Shown piece after piece: positions 9,886 to 19,957 of a stretch of DNA of 64,000 nucleotides. The stretch is from positions 130,831 to 194,830 of IMG/VR virus record IMGVR_UViG_3300042890_002891; one strand, written 5' to 3'. This DNA comes from a virus (taxonomy: Duplodnaviria; Heunggongvirae; Uroviricota; Caudoviricetes). The translations under genes and the position numbers were made by a program. Each line of letters starts with the position of its first letter. Position 1 is the first letter of the stretch. The notes beneath the pieces were generated by a model. It had not been told where the DNA came from. It saw only the letters and a list, made by a program, of their open reading frames with translations, and ran no database searches.

Positions 9886-10560
9886 TTATTTAGCCTGTAT
9901 AGGTAGGGTTTTGTTGATAATTCCCGGACACACCAGACTCAACATCAACAAGAGATCTGGGTCGTCGTGATCTACAAAATGATGGTCGCGTGTGGCCAAT
10001 CTGCCGGGACGTTCAAGTTTTTCGCAAAATGCTCTGGGAATTCTAAACAAATCTTGTCGCCCCAGCAGGAACTTTTTGACTCGAGCACTGGTGTCCGGAT
10101 CCCACCATCGACTCTTCAAAAACGTGCGGTACTGATTCACAGGGTTCACCAGCATCACAGTGTCTTTGGGGTACACTACCACCGCTTGACCAATCAACCA
10201 CCGATCAATATATTCAACTTGACTCATGTACTCTAGGGTGGTCAGTTCGTTGGTGTACAAAAACACATGATCATACTGAATCATTATTTTGCATGACTTG
10301 GGCAAGCCTCGCAGCAGATCGCACATGTTGTGCAAATCACCACGCTGCTGAGTATCTGCCAGAGACGGAGCATTTGTGCCAATCCCAATGACATCACCAC
10401 GGTAGCGACCATAGTAATTTTCCAAGCGGCGGTCAAGATCCGCATGATCAAAACTGCGCATGCACCAGGCAAACCTCAGGTAAAACTGCATGCGATACTG
10501 ATACTGATCAAAAAACAGTCGATCGCGTGGTTCCTGACGGATATCTTTAATCTTGCTCAC
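9886..10560 (-). CDS. Hypothetical protein
   Basis: Long ORF; probable GTG start at 10560 overlapping the end of clpA. Confidence 0.6.
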   Translation of the reverse strand: MSKIKDIRQEPRDRLFFDQYQYRMQFYLRFAWCMRSFDHADLDRRLENYYGRYRGDVIGIGTNAPSLADTQQRGDLHNMCDLLRGLPKSCKIMIQYDHVFLYTNELTTLEYMSQVEYIDRWLIGQAVVVYPKDTVMLVNPVNQYRTFLKSRWWDPDTSARVKKFLLGRQDLFRIPRAFCEKLERPGRLATRDHHFVDHDDPDLLLMLSLVCPGIINKTLPIQAK

Positions 10561-12844
10561 TGACTGGATCCAGTAATCTAACAATGTTGTCTGCTGTCAC
10601 CACAGGAATCACATCAAACTGCACCACATCATCTGTTACACCTACTGTGATGTCGCAGTCACTGAGACGATCAAACAAGATTCTCTTGCTCAAGGGCACA
10701 CGAATCAGTTCATCAATCTTGCGACTCAGAGGCCTTGCACCCATTTTGCTGTCGTAACCCTTGATGGCCAGTAGTTCAATCACAGGCTCTGAGAAAAACA
10801 ACCGAATGTTCTTGGATGCCACTGATGTCTTGAGTTCGTCCAGGAACTTGACCACAATCTTCTTGATGGCCAAGGTATCCAGTTTGACAAACTTGCAGAT
10901 CTTGTCAATACGATTACGCAGTTCAGGTTTGAAGAACTCTTTCAATGCACGATCTTCTTCACCAGATTTTTCCAACTCACTGGAGAATCCAATGTTGTTG
11001 TTTTCATTGTCTCTGGCACCCAAGTTTGAGGTCATGATAATGATGGTATTTTTGCAATCTACCCGTTTGCCATTGGCACCTGTGAGATGCCCTTCGTCCA
11101 GCATCTGCAACAAGATATTGGTAACGTCAGCATGTGCCTTTTCAATTTCGTCAAACAGGATCACAGCAAATGGATGTTTGCTCAGATCCGAGATCAGTTT
11201 GCCACCACCCACATTGCCATCTTCAAAGCCCACATAGCCCGGAGGTGCACCAATCAAGCTGCTGACTGAATGCTTTTCCTGAAACTCACTCATGTCGTAT
11301 CTCAACAGATGCATGTCTAGATTTTCACTCAACAGCTTGGCCAATTCAGTTTTGCCTGTGCCAGTTGGGCCCAGAAACAAAAAGCTGGCCATGGGCTTGT
11401 GTGTGCTGCCAATGCCCGAGAAGTTGATGTACACTCGCTCCAGCACAGCATCCACAGCACCTTCTTGACCATAGAGTTTTTGTTTGATGTTGCTTTCAAG
11501 TTCCACAATCTTGGTTGAACGCTCGTTTTGCAATCTATCAGTGGGCACACCGGTGACCCGGGCCACCTGCTGTTCAATCATGCTCTTGTTCACTGTGACC
11601 ATGCCTGCATCCTTCACACGCTCTCTAGCACAGGCAGCATCCAACAGGTCAATTGATTTGTCTGGATTCTTTTTGTCATGAATGTATCGGCCCGCCAGTT
11701 CAACTGCTGCGGTCATGGCCTCTGTGTCGATCATCACATTGTGGAATGCTTCCAGTCTGGGGCTGAGTCCGATCAGAATCTTTTCTGTAGTTTCGGTGTC
11801 TGGTTCATCTATGGTGAGCCTGTAGAATCGTCTCATGAGTGCGCGATCCTTTTCAAAGCTCTCGTAGTATTCTTCCCAGGTGGTGCTGGCAATAACCTTT
11901 AGATTGCCCTTGGTGATTGCGGGCTTCAGCATGTTGGCAAAGTCCAGGCTACCTGAACTGCCGGCACCTGCACCCTTCATGGTATGCGCTTCGTCTACAA
12001 ACAAGATACATTTCTTCTTGGATTCCAGTGCAGCAATCACAGCCTTGAACTTTTCTTCAAAGTCTCCGCGATACTTTGATCCTGCTACCAGAGCACCGAT
12101 TTCCAGGCTCCAGACTTCGTAGTCCTTCAAGAACGCAGGCACACGTCCGGCCACAATCTCCTGTGCCAGACCTTCAATGATGGCAGTCTTGCCCACACCA
12201 GGATCGCCCACCATGAGCACGTTGGCCTTGAAGCGGCGGGCCAGCACAGCAATCATTTCTTCCAGTTCTGTTGTGCGCCCAATTAGCGGTTCCAAAGTAT
12301 CCGACTTGGCCAGGGCTGACAAACTGGTGCAGTATTCTTCCAGGATCTCAGTGGCCTGCTGATCATTGAGACCAGCCACAGGATCCATCTTGTAGTTCTT
12401 TCTCCAGAAGTCCACAAACTCGGCTTTTTGCACGCCAAACTTCAGCAAGAAGTAGTGTGCATGGCTGTTGGTTTCGCCCATGATGGCCAGATACAGGTCA
12501 ATGGTCACAATTTGTCTGCGTCCACTAAACAACACCTGTGTTATTGCACGATTGAATACTCGTTCCAGGCCGGATGTTTTTCTAGGAGTAAAATCTGGAA
12601 TGTCGCTGATTATGCCTATCAGGCTGTCCAGGTAGCCGCAGAGTTCGTTTTCCAGCATGGCCACATCGCAACCGTACTTGGTCAAGGTGTTTCTAAAAGG
12701 CACATGTCTGATCAGGCTCAGCAACAGATGTTCTGTCATCACGTATTCGTGTTTCCAGGTCTGCGCAATTTTTATAGAGCCATCAATGATGGCTTCAATT
12801 TCGGGGTTGTCTTGCATAGCGTTTTGTCCGTGTGGTGTGCTCAT
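10547..12844 (-). CDS. clpA: ATP-dependent Clp protease ATP-binding subunit (ClpA-like, two AAA+ domains)
   Basis: Clp N domain TEHLLLSL; Walker A GDPGVGKT and GPTGTGKT; LIGAPPGYVG; FDEIEKAH; MGARPL. Confidence 0.93.
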   Translation of the reverse strand: MSTPHGQNAMQDNPEIEAIIDGSIKIAQTWKHEYVMTEHLLLSLIRHVPFRNTLTKYGCDVAMLENELCGYLDSLIGIISDIPDFTPRKTSGLERVFNRAITQVLFSGRRQIVTIDLYLAIMGETNSHAHYFLLKFGVQKAEFVDFWRKNYKMDPVAGLNDQQATEILEEYCTSLSALAKSDTLEPLIGRTTELEEMIAVLARRFKANVLMVGDPGVGKTAIIEGLAQEIVAGRVPAFLKDYEVWSLEIGALVAGSKYRGDFEEKFKAVIAALESKKKCILFVDEAHTMKGAGAGSSGSLDFANMLKPAITKGNLKVIASTTWEEYYESFEKDRALMRRFYRLTIDEPDTETTEKILIGLSPRLEAFHNVMIDTEAMTAAVELAGRYIHDKKNPDKSIDLLDAACARERVKDAGMVTVNKSMIEQQVARVTGVPTDRLQNERSTKIVELESNIKQKLYGQEGAVDAVLERVYINFSGIGSTHKPMASFLFLGPTGTGKTELAKLLSENLDMHLLRYDMSEFQEKHSVSSLIGAPPGYVGFEDGNVGGGKLISDLSKHPFAVILFDEIEKAHADVTNILLQMLDEGHLTGANGKRVDCKNTIIIMTSNLGARDNENNNIGFSSELEKSGEEDRALKEFFKPELRNRIDKICKFVKLDTLAIKKIVVKFLDELKTSVASKNIRLFFSEPVIELLAIKGYDSKMGARPLSRKIDELIRVPLSKRILFDRLSDCDITVGVTDDVVQFDVIPVVTADNIVRLLDPVSEQD

Positions 12845-12849
12845 AGTTT

Positions 12850-12878
12850 AGTATACAATAAATTAAGGATTAGATCAA
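12850..12878 (-). promoter_or_regulatory. Sigma70-like promoter for clpA
   Basis: TTGATC-17 nt-TATACT on minus strand. Confidence 0.55.
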
Positions 12879-12890
12879 CCTATTAGGTAC

Positions 12891-13673
12891 TTATTCGGCA
12901 GATTCTTGTTGAATAGCAGCCATTAATTCTGGGGAAATTTTACCTGGGATTCTAGCAGCCACACGAATCAGCATGTCTCCGGGTTGTCCTGAACGATCCG
13001 GTAATCCACGCCCTTTTGCTCGCAGCATGCTGCCAGGTTGTGTGCCCGGAGGCACAGTGATTTCAATCTTGTTGCCCCGTATGTCCAGCATGGTAATGGT
13101 GCCACCCGCAATCAGTTTCCAGACCACTGTGGTGGCTTCGGTCACCACACTACTGCCATTTCGTTGCCAGGCTCGATCCGGATGCACACGAAAGGTCACC
13201 ACTAGATCCAGGCCATCAGGACCAATGCCACTGAACTGCACATTGTCGCCATCTTCGATGCCTGTGGGTATGTTGATCTCAACATTGTGTGTGCCAGTTG
13301 GTGTGCCAATGCTGACCACTCTGGGTCCAGGTGTGGCCACGTCCTGGATGCGTATCCACAGTGTCATCCTGGAGTGAGAACTGCGTTGTGGCTGCTGGAA
13401 CTTGGCTCCAAACATGTTGAATATTTCATTGAAATCAAACTGCCCACCGGGGCCCTGTCCAGGATGCCCGCCAAACTGTGGTCGTGGGTGGTCGTAGTCT
13501 GCTCGCTTTTGTGCATCTCCCAGCACAGCATATGCTGACTGGATCTCTTGAAATTTCTTTGTGTCACCGCCCTTGTCCGGGTGATGGGTACTGGCCAATT
13601 TTCTAAAAGCCTGTTTGATTTGGTCTGCGGTGGCTGTTCGGGCTACACCTAGCGCGGCATAATGATCGGTCAT
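12891..13673 (-). CDS. dnaJ: DnaJ-class co-chaperone (J domain + C-terminal domain, no Zn finger; CbpA-like)
   Basis: YAALGV...HHPDKGG J-domain HPD motif; GRGLP...GDMLI C-domain. Confidence 0.9.
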   Translation of the reverse strand: MTDHYAALGVARTATADQIKQAFRKLASTHHPDKGGDTKKFQEIQSAYAVLGDAQKRADYDHPRPQFGGHPGQGPGGQFDFNEIFNMFGAKFQQPQRSSHSRMTLWIRIQDVATPGPRVVSIGTPTGTHNVEINIPTGIEDGDNVQFSGIGPDGLDLVVTFRVHPDRAWQRNGSSVVTEATTVVWKLIAGGTITMLDIRGNKIEITVPPGTQPGSMLRAKGRGLPDRSGQPGDMLIRVAARIPGKISPELMAAIQQESAE

Positions 13674-13674
13674 G

Positions 13675-13705
13675 AAAAAGTCCTGTACAGTAATTATACA
13701 GGACT
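13675..13705 (-). terminator. Hairpin plus U-tract overlapping a -10 box
   Basis: Minus strand AGTCCTGTA-TAATTACTG-TACAGGACT-TTTT. Confidence 0.55.
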
Positions 13706-13721
13706 AGGTGCATGAAGTCGA

Positions 13722-13928
13722 TTACTTCTTGCCCGGAACCACAGTGCCTTCCAGCTTCTTGTGCTGTTTGACCTGTTTGCAGTTTTGTTTGATTTTGCCT
13801 GTTTTGGGATCGGTAACTGCTTTGCCGGCTTTGTCTTTGACGTCAACACAGACCTTTCGGGTCTCTGTGTCTGCGGCTGTGGCTGTGAGTGCGAATAATG
13901 CTGTGGCTAAAACGATTGCGTATTTCAT
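13722..13928 (-). CDS. Small exported protein (signal peptide, two Cys)
   Basis: MKYAIVLATALFALTATA/A signal peptide. Confidence 0.7.
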   Translation of the reverse strand: MKYAIVLATALFALTATAADTETRKVCVDVKDKAGKAVTDPKTGKIKQNCKQVKQHKKLEGTVVPGKK

Positions 13929-13931
13929 ATG

Positions 13932-14075
13932 TTATCTCCAAAAGAACAAAATTGTTTTCAGTCGATCAATCGACTTTTGCAAATACTTGGTTTGAATCGT
14001 TTTGGCAAACTCGGGCTGTGGAAAGTTCCAGCCGACGAATGCTCCTAGTGCTATCCAAAATAATGTTTCTAACAT
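13932..14075 (-). CDS. Small membrane protein (47 aa, MLETLFWIALGAFVGWNFPQP...)
   Basis: Hand-translated; AAGGAG RBS upstream. Confidence 0.65.
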   Translation of the reverse strand: MLETLFWIALGAFVGWNFPQPEFAKTIQTKYLQKSIDRLKTILFFWR

Positions 14076-14084
14076 GATATCTCC

Positions 14085-14588
14085 TTATCTTTCTGGGAAT
14101 GGTGGAATCACAGGAGCAGCCTTGCCGCCGAATCCTGACACAACTTGTGATGGATCTACTGCTGGTGCAGAGTTCCAACTGGGTGCAGGTGTGTATGTTG
14201 TTGCTGGTGCACTGCCAAACATGCCACTGCCAAAGCTGGGTGTGGCTGGTGTATTAGGCACTGGGAATCCACCGGGTGTGGAAGCTCCTGCTCCGCCATT
14301 GTTGGCTCCTGCTATTTTTTCTTGGGTACGCCCCATTGCTGCAATACCCAACACTGCACCCATGGCAATGTGGAACAGGCCTGCACCTTGTAGCGTGAGT
14401 GGTTGCCATTGTGCCATGGTACCCACTTTCATCACTGCCTGCAACAGGCTCCAGAGCACAGGAAACAGCATGAAGTCACAGGCACATACTGCCATGTACA
14501 TCCAGCCCATCATGGGGCGCCATTTGGAATTCATCCAGTCTTCTTTTTTCTTTTCTGATTCACTTGGTTGTTTTTGTTCTTCTGCCAT
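14085..14588 (-). CDS. Holin of 3TMs-like membrane protein
   Basis: KWRPMMGWMYMAVCACDF pattern and hydrophobic segments. Confidence 0.65.
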   Translation of the reverse strand: MAEEQKQPSESEKKKEDWMNSKWRPMMGWMYMAVCACDFMLFPVLWSLLQAVMKVGTMAQWQPLTLQGAGLFHIAMGAVLGIAAMGRTQEKIAGANNGGAGASTPGGFPVPNTPATPSFGSGMFGSAPATTYTPAPSWNSAPAVDPSQVVSGFGGKAAPVIPPFPER

Positions 14589-14625
14589 GAGTTTCCTTTG
14601 AATATGTTGTGAGATATTTATGCTG

Positions 14626-15108
14626 TTATCGTGTGACTATGGTCCAGGTTATTGCTATAACAGGCACAATTACTGACACGGCTCCAATTGCCAGCAGTGT
14701 GTTCATTATAGTATTGTACATGGCTTCACGGTCACGCTGTTGTTGGTCTATAACGGCCTGTTCCGCAGCACGCCGTTCTTTGGCCATTCGGGTGCGTTCT
14801 GCCATCATTTCATTCCAGACGTCAGCGTTGCCCGACCAAAACAGTATGTCTTTGAGTTCTTTTTCGTTGTCCCTGAGAGCCTTGCTAGCCATGGCAATTT
14901 CAAGTGCATCCGAACTGATTTGGGCGTCAGTTTTGTTGACAGCAGCAATACGCATCCGAGTGCTGGCCACGTGCACCTGATCTGCTGCATGATAAAACTG
15001 GCTGAATTCTTTGTACAGGCCCGAAACATCTTTGCCCAGTTGTACCGCTGCTTTGATGCCCTTGACTGCACCTTGAGCCATGGCAAATGCTGTGAATGGG
15101 TCTATCAT
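14626..15108 (-). CDS. Hypothetical coiled-coil protein with C-terminal TM helix
   Basis: MIDPFTAFAMAQGAVKGIK...; hydrophobic C-terminus. Confidence 0.65.
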   Translation of the reverse strand: MIDPFTAFAMAQGAVKGIKAAVQLGKDVSGLYKEFSQFYHAADQVHVASTRMRIAAVNKTDAQISSDALEIAMASKALRDNEKELKDILFWSGNADVWNEMMAERTRMAKERRAAEQAVIDQQQRDREAMYNTIMNTLLAIGAVSVIVPVIAITWTIVTR

Positions 15109-15359
15109 TTTTCAGCTCGTCGTTCAGCTGCTCTAGCAGCGTCCCAGGCTGCACGGTCTACAGGCCAATATGGCACCATGACCCAGCGACAAATCTGTCC
15201 ATTTTCCAGGAATTCATTTGTGCCATAGGTTTTTCTACCTACATCACACACTTTGTCTAGGCGTTGCCAGTGACGATAATTTTGAGGCGGCAACACATAC
15301 TGGTCAGCGGATGCTGATAGTACTGTTGTTAGAATAATTATTGACCATCGTGCATGCAC
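15105..15359 (-). CDS. Small exported hypothetical protein
   Basis: Signal-peptide-like N-terminus; ATGA overlap with next gene. Confidence 0.5.
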   Translation of the reverse strand: MHARWSIIILTTVLSASADQYVLPPQNYRHWQRLDKVCDVGRKTYGTNEFLENGQICRWVMVPYWPVDRAAWDAARAAERRAEK

Positions 15360-15426
15360 TGTTATACTCCGGGCAAAAGTTGCCCAGTGTATTTACAGAT
15401 TCTTTGCGTTAGAGCAAATTGGGTGG

Positions 15427-15975
15427 TTAGATCATCCAGGTGGCCCAGAGCCAAATGCCCTGGCTCATCAGCACTGCACCTACTAGACCCACACCAATGC
15501 TGGCCCAGAACATGCCCATGCTCACGGCCAATATAGACGCACTTAATAGCACAATGCTCAACTGGAATGCACTGCCAGCAAATGTCAGCCATGGGCTGTG
15601 CAGTTTTGCCTGGTCTCTATCTGCTTCTAGACCTCTAGCACGAGCCATGAGTTCTTGTTTGCCTTCGCCGGTCTTGGGGTCGCTTTCGTAGCGATCAATC
15701 TTGGCAGTCAGTGCCGCAACTTTCTGACTATCTCGACGAGCCACTGCTTCGTCACGAGCATTTTCAGCAATGGTTTGTTTGATACTCTTGGCCTGATAAA
15801 AGTTCCAGGTGTCGTTGGCACGGATTGTGTTGGTCAGCACACTGCTGCTGATACCGTTGGCAATGTAGGTGTTCACTGCCAACAAGGCTGCCACCACTGT
15901 GATTACCCAGCCGGCTCGGTCCTTGATATGTGCTTCACGTTCTGATCTTGATTGAATTGGTTTTTGGTCGGCCAT
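15427..15975 (-). CDS. DUF4337-like membrane protein
   Basis: TM segment, then ANDTWNFYQAKSIKQ, then two TM segments. Confidence 0.7.
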   Translation of the reverse strand: MADQKPIQSRSEREAHIKDRAGWVITVVAALLAVNTYIANGISSSVLTNTIRANDTWNFYQAKSIKQTIAENARDEAVARRDSQKVAALTAKIDRYESDPKTGEGKQELMARARGLEADRDQAKLHSPWLTFAGSAFQLSIVLLSASILAVSMGMFWASIGVGLVGAVLMSQGIWLWATWMI

Positions 15976-15990
15976 GTTGTTTCCTTTGAA

Positions 15991-16578
15991 TTATTTACCA
16001 GCCAGGGGATTGTCAATGGCCTTCTGAATCTTGACATCAACTTCGCGTTTGAGTGCATCTACTTCACGACCAATTTCTCTACGGGCATCTGCCATTTCCT
16101 TGCGGATGGCATTTACTTCGCTGCGAGCTTTTTCTAGATCTTCTTGAACACCTTTACGAGCTGCTCGCATTTCTGCCTCGGTCTCTCTTTGTGCTTGTTT
16201 TACACTGCGTTCAACTGCTTCTGTTACTGACTCGTTGCGGCGAATATCGTTCTTTAGATCATTCTTGATGTCACGAGTGTAGTCGCTGGTCTTGCCTGAA
16301 TTTTCTTCAATCACTGCCAGTCGTTTGTCAAAGCCCGATAAGTCTGGTGCAGAGTATTCAGCAATCTTTTTCTTCATGCCCTGATAGTCCTTGTACACTT
16401 CAAATGCACCGTACAGTCCGCCCAGCAATGAACTGGCCAGTGTGACTGCTACCATGAGTTTGGCCGGTGTAAATTCATATCCGCCAATTGAGATCACGGT
16501 ATCCTTGCTGGCATACTTCTTGACCGCTGCTTCAGCTTGATCAATTGTGGCATTAACATCTTTGATTTGTTCTGTCAT
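15991..16578 (-). CDS. Membrane-anchored coiled-coil protein
   Basis: Single TM (LMVAVTLASSLLGGLYGA) followed by a long charged helix. Confidence 0.65.
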   Translation of the reverse strand: MTEQIKDVNATIDQAEAAVKKYASKDTVISIGGYEFTPAKLMVAVTLASSLLGGLYGAFEVYKDYQGMKKKIAEYSAPDLSGFDKRLAVIEENSGKTSDYTRDIKNDLKNDIRRNESVTEAVERSVKQAQRETEAEMRAARKGVQEDLEKARSEVNAIRKEMADARREIGREVDALKREVDVKIQKAIDNPLAGK

Positions 16579-16579
16579 T

Positions 16580-18193
16580 TTATTGTTCCTTGTTGTATTG
16601 ACTGTCAACTATTTGTTTCCAACGAGTTTCATTGGCTCCGCTGAGTTGACGCTGTGCGGATCTGTTGTCTACTGTGGCCTTGTAGTATTGTTTTGCTACT
16701 GTGGCGCCCAGAGCATCAGGCACTGTACTGTTTTGATATGCACTAAAGCCCGGCACATATCCTATCAAGCCCACCAGCAGGCCTTGTGTGGCTGTTTGTG
16801 CTTCCATGGTTGCTGCTCGGCCAATATCTTTGGCCAGTTCCTTGGCTTTTTCTGTGGCTGCTGCTCTAGCTGCTGTGGCATTGCCGCCGGCTTTCTTTTC
16901 CACACTGGCCACAGCACCTTCTGTTTTTTTGGCATCAGCCTTTTGTTCTGCTGCTGCACCAGGAGGCGGTGGTGGGGGTGGTGCAGACGCTGAGTTCATT
17001 GTGCTGGCACTGGGCGGTGCATTGATCACTGATACAGGAGAAGTTGCTGATGTTGCAGCCGGTGTGGCCACAACTGAATCCACAGTGGCATCGCCTGTGG
17101 CCGAAACCACATTGGCAGGATCATTGCGTTGAACTTCCGCTGTGGTGGTCAGGGACGAATTAACAGCAGTGGTCACAGCAGGGTCCAGGTTCACAAGATA
17201 CTTGATAGCATAAGCAGTCTTGTATCCTGTACATTTGTTGCTGAACAAGCTGTCCAACAAACACTGTTGGTTCAAGTATGCTTCTGCATAGCCCGGGCAG
17301 TCAGTAGCATACAATGGACTCAATGAACACTGTTGTGTTTTATATGCTGCTGCATATCCTGCACAGTCACTCATGTAAAGTGGACTGATACTACATTGTT
17401 GGTCGTGATAGGCCGCAGCATAGCCAGGACAATCTGTTGCGTAAAATGGGTTGGCATCACACTGCTGTGTTTTGTAGGCAGCAGCATATCCAGGACAAGT
17501 GGTTGCATACAGGGGATTTGCTGCACACTGTTGGTCATAGTAGGCCTGTTGATACCCGGGACAAGCCGAATTATACAAAGGATTAGAACTGCATTGCTGT
17601 GAAAAATATGCTTGAGCATAACCAGGACAAGCACTGTCCGACAAGGGGTTAGAATTGCATTGTTGAGCAAACACAGCCGCCGCATAACCTGAGCAAGTGG
17701 TAGAACTCAATGGATCGGCAGCACACGGATCAACAGTGTATACTGCGTTGCTATACATATTATAAATGCTGGCATTGCCACTTACTGATGGCGTCATTTT
17801 AAATGTGCCCAGGGTTGTTATATCTCGTGTGTTGTTAAATCTATATTGGTAACTTTGATTACTAGATTGCCATACGCCCTGATGAGACCAGGTTTGATTA
17901 AGGATACTGATGTTTTCACTGTCCCTGATGTTTACGTTGACACTGGCATAGTTTGCCATCCACCAGGAGCAACTACCGTCCTGATTGGTTGCTGTGCATT
18001 GAGTATCGCCAAATGAATATCTGTATCCATAATTAAAACCGTGTATTTGTACACCCGCCCCCACTGAACTCAGTGCCTGATTAATAGCATAGATTTGAGT
18101 TCCTGTTGTTCCGGACAGCAGATTGCCGCTGACAGTTTGTGCTGTTGTGCAGCCAATCCAGAGCATTAGCAGTAATGCTGCCAGTTGCTTCAT
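16580..18193 (-). CDS. Exported protein with eight 22-aa Cys-pair repeats
   Basis: Signal peptide; QQCxxNPLYxxxCPGYxxAY repeats. Confidence 0.75.
   Translation of the reverse strand: MKQLAALLLMLWIGCTTAQTVSGNLLSGTTGTQIYAINQALSSVGAGVQIHGFNYGYRYSFGDTQCTATNQDGSCSWWMANYASVNVNIRDSENISILNQTWSHQGVWQSSNQSYQYRFNNTRDITTLGTFKMTPSVSGNASIYNMYSNAVYTVDPCAADPLSSTTCSGYAAAVFAQQCNSNPLSDSACPGYAQAYFSQQCSSNPLYNSACPGYQQAYYDQQCAANPLYATTCPGYAAAYKTQQCDANPFYATDCPGYAAAYHDQQCSISPLYMSDCAGYAAAYKTQQCSLSPLYATDCPGYAEAYLNQQCLLDSLFSNKCTGYKTAYAIKYLVNLDPAVTTAVNSSLTTTAEVQRNDPANVVSATGDATVDSVVATPAATSATSPVSVINAPPSASTMNSASAPPPPPPPGAAAEQKADAKKTEGAVASVEKKAGGNATAARAAATEKAKELAKDIGRAATMEAQTATQGLLVGLIGYVPGFSAYQNSTVPDALGATVAKQYYKATVDNRSAQRQLSGANETRWKQIVDSQYNKEQ
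17215..17740 (-). repeat. 66-nt-period coding repeat (8 degenerate copies)
   Basis: Read from protein repeat QQCxxxPLYxxxCPGYxxAYx; ends approximate. Confidence 0.75.
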
Positions 18194-18666
18194 TTTTCAC
18201 GTACACTGGCAGGAATACGACTAGGGTCAGCGTCCCAGACGGCCTTGGCTTCTGCACCAATTTTGCCGTCGACCGGGCAGGGTGTTCCGGCATTCATCAT
18301 GGCGTCAAACACTCTACGGTCCTGACACATGGCAGCAACAGCAGCCACTTTCATGCCCATGTCATACAGAGTCTTGCTTATCTTTAAGCGTTCGCAGTTG
18401 TAGTCCACTTGTGTGTTGCCAAAGCTGAGGCCAAAGATTTGTGTTTGAGCTGCTCCACTAACGCCTGTGACACAGATGTCTGAGTTGATGCTGGTGATGC
18501 TGGGTGCAATAGCACTGGGAGGAGGGCTGACCACAGTGGTCTTGCTGTCGCTGATGCTGCTGGTCTTGCTGTCACTGGTGGATTGAGTCACAATTGGGTC
18601 TGACTGTGCTTGGGCCATCACACAGATGCTGATGCCCAGTGCCGTCACTAGTTGTTTTAGATTCAT
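18190..18666 (-). CDS. Exported Cys-containing hypothetical protein
   Basis: Signal peptide; CVTGVSG...CERLK...MCQD...CPVDG; overlaps the repeat-protein start. Confidence 0.7.
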   Translation of the reverse strand: MNLKQLVTALGISICVMAQAQSDPIVTQSTSDSKTSSISDSKTTVVSPPPSAIAPSITSINSDICVTGVSGAAQTQIFGLSFGNTQVDYNCERLKISKTLYDMGMKVAAVAAMCQDRRVFDAMMNAGTPCPVDGKIGAEAKAVWDADPSRIPASVREK

Positions 18667-18799
18667 TGTTGATCCTTGTTATTATAATAGTCTTGCACAG
18701 TATCATGTGCAAGCTACTATATTTAATCTGGATCAATCAATCATTAACCTGGTAGAAAAGTTACATGCCCATCACATGTTCTGACACGCTGGGCGTTTG

Positions 18800-19300
18800 T
18801 TATTTTCTCACTTCCTTGGTCACATCCGGCCACCATTCTGGATCGGGATTTAGCTTGTTCTTGTACAGTTGTTTGATGCGTGTTTCGTATTCCGCTTTGC
18901 TGCCTTGTATTCGACCAGAAACCACATCCAGCACATAGTTCAGTGTGACTGCGTTGGCACTGAGTGTGGCACATCTGGCACTTACTTCGTTCTTCAGTAG
19001 GTCCAACAAGATGCTTTCGGATGATTCTGCCAGCACTCTCACAAACTTCTTGGGCACATGCAGATCTATAGTGCTGTAGACAAAATCATAGTGTGGTTCT
19101 GGGCAGCAGTGAAGCACATACTCGTCCAGCACTTCAATGCGTTTGAAGCCATCTTTGTCGTACCATACAGCACGATTTTCTGTGAGTTCGTCAGGCTGAC
19201 CCAGTTTCTTGGTCAGGCTTTTGACAAATGCCACAGGTTCGCTATTGCGCCACTGTGCAAGTGAATTTTTGGATTCTGTTAGTATTTCATGTACACGCAT
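18800..19300 (-). CDS. Hypothetical protein with CTS-like N-terminus
   Basis: MRVHEILTE/S; TAAATA at 19307-19312. Confidence 0.7.
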   Translation of the reverse strand: MRVHEILTESKNSLAQWRNSEPVAFVKSLTKKLGQPDELTENRAVWYDKDGFKRIEVLDEYVLHCCPEPHYDFVYSTIDLHVPKKFVRVLAESSESILLDLLKNEVSARCATLSANAVTLNYVLDVVSGRIQGSKAEYETRIKQLYKNKLNPDPEWWPDVTKEVRK

Positions 19301-19305
19301 AGCTG

Positions 19306-19950
19306 TTATTTATTCTCTACCCAAAAGCCCAGTCTATCTCCGCCAATGCTGGGATACCAGATCGAGCCTGGTGGCTGCGGTCCGGGATCGTCTTTCCATA
19401 CCGGATATATCACATCACCTGTGTGATTGGCAAAATCGTCATTCCATCTCAGATGTACTTCTATTATCTTGCCATCCACATATTCCACGTTGACCCAGGG
19501 CATCAGTTGCCACAGATCTTCTAGCACCTGTGGAAATTTGTGCTGATCTGAAATTCGCTCCCAGCGACAGAATCTATCTAGTCTATCGCTGCTGCGAAAT
19601 CCTTCCACCGCTAATTGCTGTATGCCATGATGAAAATCCACACTGGTGTGACGACCATCAAACCATTCGGTCCAGAAATATCCATCTGGTACTGAATCAG
19701 TGTCCGCGGGTGTGAGCCATTGCTTTGTGGCGCCACGACTCATCATGCGTATGTTGGTTATGGGTCGCACAATGTACCAGCCTGGCCTGGGAACCGGAAT
19801 GCCGGCTGGGCCAGCTGAGTATCCGTTTTTACGTGCCAGTATCAATTTGTCATAGATCCAGAGATAATCTACAGGACAAGTTGCCCATACATCTTTGTCA
19901 TCTATATAGACCATTGCACCAGCAGCAGTGGGTGGTTGGCCAATGTTCAT
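19306..19950 (-). CDS. Hypothetical protein, possibly ATP-grasp-like
   Basis: YIVRPITN...WTEWFDGRHTSVDF...IIEVHLR resembles ATP-grasp motifs; start uncertain (19914 possible). Confidence 0.5.
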   Translation of the reverse strand: MNIGQPPTAAGAMVYIDDKDVWATCPVDYLWIYDKLILARKNGYSAGPAGIPVPRPGWYIVRPITNIRMMSRGATKQWLTPADTDSVPDGYFWTEWFDGRHTSVDFHHGIQQLAVEGFRSSDRLDRFCRWERISDQHKFPQVLEDLWQLMPWVNVEYVDGKIIEVHLRWNDDFANHTGDVIYPVWKDDPGPQPPGSIWYPSIGGDRLGFWVENK

Positions 19951-19957
19951 TGCTGTG

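Noticed and set aside
9886-10560. Membership in the FxL(K/R)W family (HFVDHDDPDLLLMLSL resembles the family ending)
   Set aside because: Lacks the terminal L(K/R)W and the WxxxxFG motif; the similarity is too weak to claim without a profile search.
15362-15592. 76-aa minus-strand ORF
   Set aside because: Overlaps the better-supported DUF4337-like gene in another frame.
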